Part shown: positions 53,501 through 64,000 of the stretch, one piece after another
Numbering within the stretch: position 1 is the stretch's first letter
How the letters are laid out: every line of letters starts with the position of its first letter
Program-made: the position numbers and the translations under genes
Notes under the pieces: generated by a model
Databases searched by the model: none
Told to the model about the DNA's origin: nothing
Seen by the model: the letters and a program-made list of their open reading frames with translations, nothing else
NCBI GenBank assembly: GCA_965113315.1
Contig: OZ220369.1
Length of the DNA: 64,000 nucleotides
Strand: one strand, 5' to 3'
From: Podarcis vaucheri
Taxonomy: Eukaryota

Positions 53501-56500
53501 AAGCTGGCCCTGGCTTTGGTGGGGCTCCTGTGGCTCGGATCTGCCGTAGCCGCACGCTGCCCACAAGGAAAGAGTTTCCATCCATGGCCAAACCTGGAAG
53601 ATTGAGAGAGAGGACAAATGTGCTGCTTAGAAGCAAAACACACAGACACACACCTGTTTGTACAGATGTGAAAAGCTGGGCAACTTTCAGGTTTCAGCTT
53701 TGGCAACACTGAAAAAGCCTAAAGAGGCCATGTTTTTTATCTTTTATACAGTGTGTGCTGCTGGGGCCACTGCCCGGCACACCTTCCCTCACTTGAGGCT
53801 GCTGCCTTGAGCCTTCCCCACAATCCCTCCCATTGCAGCGAGTGAGCAGCAAAAAGAGACTTCCAGGCAGCAGCCCTGAGCAAGGGAAGGCACACTGTTT
53901 CAATTTATTCAGTCATTCGTTTTGTGGTGACCCGCATAAAAGCAGTCACACACAAGTAGAATGCCCATAAGCAGAGGGCTGCCTGTATACAGAAAGATGT
54001 CTCTTTTATCTCTGCTCCTTGTGCTGCTCACCTTCAGAATCGCCATGGAGGCCAGGCAGCAGAATCACCCTGATCCACCTGTACAACTCCTCTGGAGTAA
54101 GGATGTCTTCCAGGTAGGATGTGAAGGTCTTCTGGAGGGCGTTGTTAAAGTAGAACTCATTGGGGCTTCTCTCAGTATAGCTGAGGACCATCAGCACAGC
54201 CAGGAACACAAGCTGCACTGGGTGTCAGAAAAGGAAAGTGGATTAAAACAGTTTGTCCTGTTGGATTTTGCATCCCTACAGCCAGAAGACGTGGGGGGAA
54301 CAACCTCACAGGCCAAATTATAACCCCTTCCAGGTCTAAGCAACCCGCCCGCTGCAGGTATGACCGGGCGTAGCTAGCTGCTCCGGCACCTGGAGCGGCA
54401 GGAGCAGGGGGGCGGCAGCGTAGTGATCTGTCCATTGAGTCCGCCTGGTGGACGCAAGCCCCACGCTGCCATTTCAGGCAGCACAGGGCCCCAAGCCACC
54501 GCCTCACTCCCAGGAGAGACGCATGGCTTGGGCGTGCTGCAGGCCAGGCCCCACGGTAAGTGCCACCCTCCCGCGTGCGCCATTTTGTCACCCCTTCAGA
54601 GATGACACATGGGGCAGACCGCACCCCCCTCTCTATGCCCCTCGGTATGATGTTCCCTGCTGGTGGTTTAAAGGTTGCAAATTACATCTGAAGATTTGTC
54701 CTGAGCAGATTCTGCACCCACTGAGTTATGTATACATTGTGGTTTATAGCAGTGGTTCCCAATTAGCTAATTACAGTACTGAGGACCCCCTATTTTTCAA
54801 AAGCCAAGCCATGGACCCCCTACTTTTGAAAATTTTGATAACTCTATGGTAGTTACCTGTGCAAAGCAATTTTTTGATGAAAATGTAAGGTAAGCCCAAT
54901 GTTCTGACATGGTATGTGGCAGTTTCTTCCTGTGTTCCTAGAGGCAACTGCCGCTCCCACCATTCTGACCTTGGCCTCAGTATCATTCTCTGTCTTGCTT
55001 GCTTCCCTAACCACTGATGCTTAGGAGTGTGATTGCTGAGCATATTTCACCCCTGCTTGGTGTGGGGAGGGAGCAGGAAGTGTTGCACAACCCATCCACA
55101 CCCTTACTGGCCTTCGTGCCTGGTCTCACCTGCAATCTCTCTGATCAAGGAGTACAACTTCTTCTCTTTCAAGGCTCGTTCCTTTGGCCGCACCATTGGC
55201 TGGAGGGCAGGGGGTCTGTAAGCTGGGTCTGCCCAGTCTCTCTGCCCATAAGCTTCCAGTTGTAGGCCCCTTGCTAGAGGGAGAGGAAAGCTGGAGTAAG
55301 TCCCAAGCAAGAGGAAAAAGGCCCTCTTTGGTCAGAGGCCACTCAGGCAGATGCCCTATCAAGCACTGCAGATGGAGGCGCAGGGAGGGGGGTTTGGAGA
55401 GCTTGAATTACCTGTGACAAGGCCCAGGGCCCACCAGAGCTGCTGCTCCTGTCCCTTGTCCTTCCACAACTCCCTCTTGTGCAGCAGTGAGAAGAGGAAG
55501 GTCAGAGCCAACACCTGGGAAGGAGAGAGAACAGGGTTGCCATTGGGGAGCCCCACAGGGCAGGTGTCTGGGGCCCCTCTTAGCAGAATATGCAGGAGGG
55601 GCCCCACCACAAATGGAATGGTTAGTAACATTATACCCATTACCAGTGCGGATTGGGGGAGAGATGGACAAGCATTAAACCCAGAGTCTGGACTTATGTG
55701 GAGTCTGAGGATCCTTGCAGAGCTCTGACCCTGCAGTGTTGCTGCAGAATCACAGAACACCAAAGACATTTGTAGAGGCAGGGAGAAGAGGGGACATTCT
55801 GGGTCTGGCAAGGGTGTGGGGAGAGGTTAGCTGCACTCCAGATAAGACCAGGTTACCTTCAGGGGCTGCATTACAAAGATGTTCTGTAGCACTGAGAGCA
55901 GGATGTTGACGGCCCAGTGCCCAGCCTCGTCCCTGCTCATTTCTAGGCTGTAGAGCACTGTGAAGAAGGCCGAAACCAGGCTGATGCTCCCCACTGTGAG
56001 CCAGCAGGCAAAGCTGAATCTCCCGGGGAGACAGTGGGAGAACGGCGGCCTCTCCTTGTCAGGGTCTTCAAGTGGGAAACTGCTGAGCTCGCTCCTGGGC
56101 CCGGTGGACCTGAGACACAGAGACAGGAGAATAAATGGCACCTCAGCCTTTGGGAACACCAGTGGAGGGAGGGAACTGTGCAGTGGGGAGGGGAAATGTC
56201 CCACAGACCAAGCAGAAAAAGCAATAGGCAGTTAAGAAAAAGACCATTATTGGGTGGGTTGGGAAAACTGGCTGGCTTTGGGTCTGAGTGTGACATGGGA
56301 CCAGACACAGAGTCCTCTGAAGATGAACCAGATACCCTATAGATCCAGGGGCCCTCCAGGTTAGTACCTGATGAAAAACTCCTGGAACTGTCAGAACAGG
56401 GGGTGGAACAGCTCCCCCTGCCAGTCTCTGGAATCAGAGGCAGCAGTCTGCTTGTGAGGAAGCAGTCAATGGCTGTGGATGAGTGTAGTTTAGGAGACAA

Positions 56501-59500
56501 GAGTACCATATAAAGCCTCCCTAGTGAGCCTTCTAGTTGCAGGAAATAATACAGGTCTCTGGTGCCTTATTTCCTGATTCTCATCGCCCTGCCTTGCTGC
56601 ATTGTACCTTGCCTGAACTTGACTGCGGTGGTGGCCTTGGACTGTTGCCTCACTCTGTTTCTGGGTAACATATGAACACTCTGCTGCATATGCGACCCCC
56701 ATTCTCACTGGTGAGTCCTGGGGGGGGGCAGCTTCTATCTCCTGTAACTGTGACCTGCCTCCTCGCCCAGCCCCTGAAGGCATTCCCTGGAGTGTGAAGA
56801 TATCTGGTTAGTTTCTTCCTGCAAGCTATTTCATGGAAGGAACTTTGACCTTAGCTAGGTGTGTTTCTTTGTATACATATGTAGGGTGTGTACAGTAGAT
56901 GCCACACAGCAGCTTACAAATGAGGATCTTGTTCCCCAAGTACTATTTTGGGTTTGGAGCAATCTCTGCATAATGTTACCAGGAAATGGGGCCAGGAGAG
57001 TGGGGAAGAGATAGATGAGGGGAGCTTCCAAATGGGGGCTACCTGCCAGGCCCCTCAGTGCTGGGCCAGGGCTGGGCCTGCTGCTGCTCTAGGTGCTGCT
57101 GGACTCTCCGTAGTTGGTCCACTGCATGCAGGTGGTCATAGGGGTTAGGAAAGCTGCACAAATCCAGGCTGCAGAGCTGAGTCCCCAAGTCATTCAGCAC
57201 ATGGCTCAGGTAGCTGTGGAGGTTGAAGCGCCTCTCTGGAAACAAGTACAAAGAGGCATCACTCTCACCCTACAGAGCCTTAATTCCCCCTCTTCTTTCC
57301 AATTGAGTCAAGGGTTGCTCAGCTCCCCAAAGGTACAAACTGGTGCACAGAGCATGAGGAAGGGTGGCACACTCTCTGTCTGAGAGGAAGGGAGTTGTGT
57401 TTGCATCCGTTGCCAAGACAAGCTACTCTTACCTTGAGGGGGACCTTCCAGGTCCTTCTGGTGATGGAGGTGGGACTCAATGAGGTCACACAGAGCAGCC
57501 ACAAGCTCTGGTACTTGCTCAGAAGTCCCAGGGAACTTGTCCATGGCTCTGCACTGGCAGAGGCTGTTCTTGTAGAGGAAGCCCAGGGTCTCCTCCAGCT
57601 CCTGCAATGGAGAGAGCAGGGCAAGAATGCCAAGCACCCATCAGGGTGGAGGCTGACCGCTCAGAACCTCTTGCTGACTGGAGGGACTTGTGAGGAGGGG
57701 GTCTCACCTGCTTGACTCGTGTGATGGGCATCACCTGCTTGGGGGGCATCACAGTCTGCAGGAGTTCAGGGCTGGCAGCCGGAGGCTTTGGGGCTGGGGG
57801 CTGGACCAGCTGGAAGATGTGGCTGATCAGTAGGCTCACTGGCATTAGGAAGATGGCTGTTTCCACACTCACTAGCAGCTCGTGCCAAGTCACCATAAAA
57901 GGCCCTGTCTCGGGAGCGGGGGGGGGCAGAGGAGGGGCAGACAGAGACCTTCAGTCAGGAGGAGGGGGTGGCTGAAAGGATCACTTCTGTGGCTGAGGCA
58001 GTTTCGATGCCAAAAATGCTGGGCGGGGTGCAGAGGGGGACTCCCAGCTCCATTGTGAAGCTTAGAATCCTCATTGCTACTTAGAGACACATAAGCCCTA
58101 TGCATGGAAGGTGGAGCATGGGGACAGGAGCAAAAATACAGGACCCTTTAGGGCTCTGCCTTGGGGGCTGTGAGCCATGGCAAGTGGTGGGAAGCCAGCC
58201 TCTTCCCTACCCCACCCATTCACCTGCCCCCAGCCCAGCGCCCACCTGCATCATGTTGGGGCAGGGGACAAGGAAAGGCACTGGCTATGCTAGTCTCCAG
58301 CTGGCAGCCGACTCACCAGCCTCAGGGCTTCTGGACCCTGCCTCTTTTCTCCAGAACATGATGTTGATGAGGAAGGTGCAGCAGAGGAGGGCCAGGCAGC
58401 AGGAGAGCCTCTGGACACGGGTGAAGGGGCTCCAGGGCGAGCAGGTCACCACCGACAGCCACAGGTGCTCCTGCGTCAATTTGTCCACCAGCCCTGACCA
58501 GAACTGGTACCTGGTGAAGTGGGATAAGGGATGTATTTGGTGGGGGCTGAGCCAGAGAGGGTCAAGGGCCAGGAGCAGGGTGGGACCTTTCCTGCTGCAC
58601 ATAATTTCTGAATGGAGAGGAGCTGGAAGCTGCATCATACTCTCTGACCTGGAAGGAAGACCCAACTCCCAGATGGGTGGGAGAGAAAGGCCCTCTCTGT
58701 GTATAGTCAAAGGAACTTTCTTCACTGGGTCTGAGATTCGTCATTCCAAGCAGATTCTGGGACAAAGCCTGCCGTTCCGACTTTTATTTCTTGATGTCTG
58801 CATATTGCTTTTTCACACAGGTGTTCTTAGCATAATTCAGTCAAAGGCTAGGTACCTGTTGGGTAGATCAGGGGCAGAAAAACCCCAAGGGCAAAAACAC
58901 ATTCCAGAGATGCCACAAACTGGCAGGAGGTGGGTGGGTGGGGCTCATATTTACCTGAAGGACAGGAGATCCCTCTCGGAGGCAGCAGCAAAGACTTTAT
59001 CCACATGGCCGTCATCCAGGTCAGCTGCCAGCCAAGAGTCACACAGGAAATGCCACTTCTTCTTGGCAGACAGGTCACAGACAACCAACCGCCTCACAAA
59101 CCTGCAGGAGGCTCAGGCCTTTCAGTCGTTTGCCCACACATGGGTGGCACTGCCAAGCAGTCATGTGGTGCCCATTAGCTGCAGCCAAGGGATCTGCCCC
59201 CACTCCCCCATCACTCAAGAGCTGCAGGTTAAAGGGAAGCAGTGGGGATCTTTTCCTTCTGCCCTCATTACCTTGCCAAAGCAGAGTGCTGCATGTGGCT
59301 TCCTTCAAGCACAAGGGAAGCTTTGCTCCAAGTTAACCTATACATAAAGCATTCTTTGCCCAGTAGCTTTGGGAAAAGACTGGAGATGGAAGCGTATTCC
59401 CTCCCTGATGTATCCTTTATGTTTGGGGGTTCAGACCAAAAGTGGGTCATATGCATTATTTGACATGACAATGTGGCCTCTGGAGCCAAAGGTGGCCTTT

Positions 59501-62500
59501 AACATGGTGAGCATGAACCTTGGGTGGGACAAGACATGCCACAGTTCCATCGTCCTCCTGGAATGTCCAACTGACCTGATGCTAGTTTTGCTACAGTTGG
59601 ACAGGGATATTGTGAATTTCTTCAGCATAGGCTTGAAAGGAGGTATCTTTGAGGACCTGGGAATTCTGCATGTGTCCAGGTCCTGGCAGCACAACCCCGT
59701 GGCATGGGAGGACTAGGTATGCCAGCTGCAGTGTCCCTTCGCCTACTAGCATCTGATAAGGTCTGGTGCTGCCAACGGACTCTCCCACGCCAGTCGTGTG
59801 CTTCCAACCTCCTCTTTGCATGGCATCCCAGTTGCTGTCTGGTTCACTCTAACCCCACCCTCTTGGCCCCCACCCTCAGCCCTCGCTGGGCCATGGACTT
59901 ACCAGCTGGGGTTGGGCCCAGTGTTGTCGTGCCAGAGGCGGATGGCGTGGAGGTTGCCCAGGGACTTCTGAGTGGCAAGGAGGAAGGCATCCCGCCCACC
60001 TCGCTCAAAGGAGGGCCCCTGGGGGTGCTGTAGCAGGTGTGGCTCACTCCGGCCCTCTGCCCCATAGAGGGTCAGGATAACCTCAAGCCAAGGAGGGAGA
60101 AGGGGTCAATCAAGGAAAGGGAAAAGAGGGCGGGTGCTGGGTGGGGTTCATGGATTGCTTCCTTTCCTCAGTTCCTTGCCCAAGCAGGGAGCACATGAAG
60201 GATGTCATCAAAGACAGGCTTTTGCATGCAGCCAGTCACACAGAAGCCTGCACCCCACACACCTACTCCCTGATAGGGAGAGATCTGCCAGACTCAGCCC
60301 AGATTCTGTGGGCAGGTGCCCGAGGTCACGGAACTTGATGGGCAGCACTTGTACCATCAGCAGTACAAAGTGGGCCTGCAGGGAAGTAAGACCCTCCCGT
60401 ACCTTAGCAGAGGTCCCAGCCCCTCGGCGGTAGCCTGTGAAGACTTGCACCAGGTAAGGGAAGCAGGCGGTGGCCTCATTATCTGCTAGGATTGTGACCT
60501 TCACCTGGAGGGGGGAGAGACACACATGGGGTGGGTGGCCCTAGAAATGGCCAAGCCCCACTTCAGCAAGTCGGCTTTTCCAGGGTGTCTGGCTCTCAGC
60601 TGTTTGCTGGATAAATATCTCATACCCTAAAAAGACGGTGTAAAATGTCTTCTCTCATGACCCGTTTGCATTTCCAATGAAAAACTTTCATTGTTCCTCA
60701 TTTCAGCACATCAGACAAGAAGGGCCTGAATGAGGGCAGATGGGGGGTGGGTGTCTCTGGCCTGCAAATGCTAATAACCCCAAACCACCATCATAAATCT
60801 TTTGCTTGCCCTTTCCCCTCACCTTCTTAACATCCGTTCTCTGTCTCCATCGAGCCCAAACGAGGGCAGCTCCATAGCCCAGCAACAAGCTGCTTAGCAA
60901 GGCCAGCCCAGAAGGGTTCTGGCCCACGGTGCTCAGGAGCTTTGCAGTGTTGTGAAGGTCAATCAGGTGTGGCAGGACCAAGGCGACGCACCCAAAGAAG
61001 GTGAGGTGGTTGCACAAGCACTGGGTGCTGTGGAGGGTGCTTTGGGAGCCCACCTGGGAGGGAAGCACTGATGCATTAGAAACCAACACAGGAGGATGAG
61101 GTCCCAATAGTTCTGCTCCATTTGGTTCCCCATGACATTCCGGCCTACGTTTTTTTTCTCCCAGCATGGAAGCAAAGGCTTGCTTGCCTGCCCTGCAGCC
61201 CTCTGGCCTGGTTGACCCTACTGCATACCCGACATCCATCACTTCTCCAGGCCTGATGCTGGCTGGACCAGTAGTAGCATCCAGAGATGATGGTGTGAAT
61301 GGAGAGGTTCCAGGGGCCCTGAGAGAGGGGAGCCACCTCTGCAGAGATGTAGTAGGTGCCCAGGCCATGATGCTGCAGCTCCTCTGGAGGAATCACCCAT
61401 GTGTAGGTACCCTCTGAAGCAAGAGCAGTGAGTCAAAGAGAGCAGAGAGGGACCACACCCACTGACCTCACCCACACCTTCCCCCACTGGGGGACACAGT
61501 CCTGCCTGGCCCCAGCTCCTCAAGCCCCTCCCTCTATGCCTACTCCCAGGTGCACAGGATTAAATCAAAGTGGTTTGGTCAATTATGTAAATGAAGAAAC
61601 GGGCTGATTTAACTAAGCAATTTAAATCAAATTTCCCATTGATGTTTCCCACAGTGCAAATCTGACCACTACACCATGTTAATTTGCAATTAAATGAATT
61701 TAATGGGCAATTAAATAATTGAAACACAGCTGATTCAATCTGTATACTTTTGCAACTTTCCCTTTTTATTTATAGAGGTAAATTGTTCCCATATAGCAGG
61801 CTTCCTCAAACTCAGCCCTCCAGATGTTTTTGGCCTACAACTCCCATGATCCCTAGCTAGCAGGACCAGTGGTCAGGGATGATGGGAATTGTAGTCTCAA
61901 AACATCTGGAGGGCCGAGTTTGAGGAAGCCTGCCATACAGGTCATGTCTTATGGCTGAAACCCAGAACAGCCGGTGAAGTTAACGCCTCAAAGCTATGCC
62001 CACTTACCTGAGAGTTACCTCACTGAACTCCAATGAGACTTACTTTTAAGGGGATACATGCAGCATTGTGTTGTATTTATGAGCATAAGAAGAACCTGCT
62101 GCATCAGGCCAATGGCCATTCTAGTCCAGCACTATTCTCCTACAGGTCAGTCAGATGCTCCAATAGGAAGTCCCAAAGCAGCACCTGCCCTCTAGCTTCC
62201 TTCTAACAAGTCCTCACCCTCTTGCCATCCGCTGCTGGGCAGGGTGGTGTTGAGGAGGCTGCTGTTCTTGTTGGGCTCAGGTTGGAGGCCCAGGTGCAAG
62301 GTGATCTGGACCACTGTGCTGGATTCCACCGATACTAGCAGGGCATCCTCTACTGATGTGATGTTTACCACAATGTCAAAGTTCCTGACGTTGTCAGTCA
62401 AGTGAGTGTGAGGGGCCTCAGCACTAGCCTCAGCACTGAGCCCAATCTGGAAGCAGACAGAATGCCTATGGTCAGCCCTGCAGTCCGTCCGTCCCCCCAC

Positions 62501-63960
62501 TGGTCCTTGAGCACATATTGTCTCCCATCAGGCCATACAGCACAAAGTGCTTATCTCTGATCCAGAGCTGGACCTTGGACAGCGCTGCTTCTCCATGCCA
62601 CTTGGGTGCTGAGAGAAGAGTCCCCCTGATGAGAGAACGTCCCAGTACAGTATCCATTCTCACCTCTATTTCCTCTGTAAGATTGTGGACACCGATGGAC
62701 TTCTCACTGGCCATGAGAGCGATACTTGCCGTCCTTTTGATCGGCTTCCCATCCAGGTGCCGGAAAGGATTGAATGCAAAGGAGGCCACCTAGAGTGAAG
62801 ATGAGAGCAAAGCGAGCTGTGGGGGTGCCCTCTGCCCCACCTCCACGCCCTGCCAGCCCTGCACTATGTCTCCCTACAAGGACCCAGTGGGCAGCAAGCC
62901 ACTGCCACCTTACCTGGACTTGTACTTGAGGGTGCTGGCTCAGAACCGGCTCCAGGGCAGAGCTGGATGGGAAGGTTACGTTCAGGCCCCTTGGCTGAAG
63001 CAGGTGGAAGGAGGCATGGGGCAGGGAGGCTTTGTCACACCTGGTAGGGAGTGGGGAGAGGGGTTACAGTTGAAAGTTTGAGTGCAACTCCATTTTCAGA
63101 AGAGGGGTCTTGCGTAGGTTAGGACAGATAGAACAGAGTTCGAGACCTCCAGATTCCCAGACTACCTTTGTGTCATTAACCTCTTCAGCTCACCTCTCTA
63201 TCTCTTTTGATATTCTCAGGCTGCACTCTGTTTCACAACTTCCTGCTCTTCTCACATTTCTCTCTCCAAGAAGAATTATCCTCTGAGATAAGACAGGAGC
63301 CAGCATGGCTACCATGCTCTAGTACAGACTTGTTAGGCTAGAACTTGGAACTTTTCTATCCAGCTATGTGGTTAGAGTGCGAGACACGGACGTGGGAGAC
63401 CAGGGTTCAAATCCCCTCTCAGCCATGAAACCCAATGGGTGACTTTGGGCCAGTCACTATCTCTCAGCCCCAAACTACCTCACAGGGTAGTTATGAGAAT
63501 AAGATGGGAAAAAGGAGAAGTCTGTGAGCTATCCTGAGCTTTTTGGAGAAAAAGTGGGTTATAAATGTAGTAATAATTTTTAAAATAATGTAATAGACTC
63601 CTTTATTATTTATCTTAACTACGGTACAAACATCCCTGTGTGTGAGATTGTAACTCATAAAAGTCTGTCCCCTAACCAAGATGCATTCTCTGAAAAATGT
63701 CTTACTCTGTGTACCAAAAGGATTCCAATAGGTAATTGGCAACCAAACAATTCATTCAGTTCCCCAGCTGCCCTGAGCAAGCCCCCCCCCCCCTTCTTCA
63801 GTGCCTAGGAGAGAGGAGACTGGTACCTGCTGAGGGTGGTGCTGAGCACAGGAGACACCACAGTTACTGTGGATTCCTCCATGGTGGAGCTTCCCAGCAG
63901 GAGCCCCGTCTGGATCAGAGGAAGGGCTTCCAATGCTGTTTCCAGGACCTTTGGTTCCTG
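50583..63960 (-). CDS. PKD1L3: Polycystin-1-like 3, 3' 25 exons (GAIN/GPS, PLAT, TM and TOP regions); 5' end outside window
   Basis: Exons 63827-63960, 62914-63040, 62664-62789, 62218-62446, 61229-61413, 60823-61053 (GPS CLCNHLTFFG), 60403-60504, 59903-60081 (PLAT IRLWHDNTG), 58955-59101, 58317-58510, 57708-57904, 57433-57601, 57043-57235, 55857-56109, 55412-55514, 55130-55273, 54032-54217, 53302-53593, 52808-52941 (GC donor), 52508-52632, 51774-51934, 51455-51665, 51239-51340, 50867-50998, 50583-50696. Sum 4170 nt with consistent phases. Paralog assigned by synteny next to IST1. Confidence 0.9.
50714..50737. repeat. (GA)n microsatellite forming the pyrimidine tract upstream of the last PKD1L3 exon
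   Basis: GA run just intronic of the acceptor at 50697. Confidence 0.9.
52078..52209. mobile_element. Palindromic hAT MITE
   Basis: caaccttgggtccccagatg / catctggggacccaaggttg arms; TSD ctctaaaa/ccctaaaa. Confidence 0.8.
54365..54643. mobile_element. Probable hAT-type non-autonomous element
   Basis: CpG-rich patch in an intron bounded by gggcgtag / ctatgccc and a repeated ggtatga flank; termini imperfect. Confidence 0.5.
61797..61932. mobile_element. Palindromic hAT MITE
   Basis: caggcttcctcaaactc / gagtttgaggaagcctg TIRs; TSD ccatatag/ccatacag; same core as 52078. Confidence 0.85.
63362..63590 (+). mobile_element. tRNA-derived SINE with L2-like tail
   Basis: gtggttagagtg A box, ggttcaaatcc B box, gtgactttgggccagtcac core, TAA-rich tail. 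Confidence 0.75.
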
Positions 63961-64000
63961 CTGCAGAAAGGCCAGATGTGGTCAGGAGCTGAGCAGAGCC

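Noticed and set aside
56368-56427. Possible extra PKD1L3 exon with AG/GT ends
   Set aside because: In the required phase 2 it contains a TGA; the flanking exons join in frame without it.
58100-59347. 415-aa plus-strand ORF, and 31773-32642 minus ORF
   Set aside because: Antisense shadows of PKD1L3 and ATXN1L exons.
59369-59716. Coding-looking intronic stretch in PKD1L3
   Set aside because: No protein or repeat family recognised in any frame; needs BLASTX.

Overview
Vertebrate genomic DNA; the repeat content (tRNA-head SINEs, CR1/L2 tails, hAT and Tc1/mariner MITEs, Penelope ends) suggests a squamate, probably a lacertid-type lizard (inference). The window holds a compact version of the conserved block AP1G1(-), ATXN1L(+), ZNF821(-), IST1(+), PKD1L3(-, 5' part outside the window). 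I traced every coding exon by hand and all splice in frame. AP1G1 hosts the C/D snoRNA SNORD71 and a 9-nt NEK microexon. The most unusual item is a ~1.35 kb antisense insert in IST1 intron 8. It is a head-to-tail chain of decayed first coding exons resembling four unrelated housekeeping genes (IMPDH1, USP7, CCNL2, CDC42BPB), each ending at or near its exon-1 splice donor. The chain is followed by a T-rich stretch and an L2-like 3' tail, which suggests a retroelement that captured first exons serially by splicing. Second is a 1.83 kb TSD-flanked, polyA-tailed L1-like element in AP1G1 intron 2 with one intact 201-aa ORF and no reverse transcriptase (HAL1-like). Homology calls rest on my recall of vertebrate protein sequences; no database search was run.
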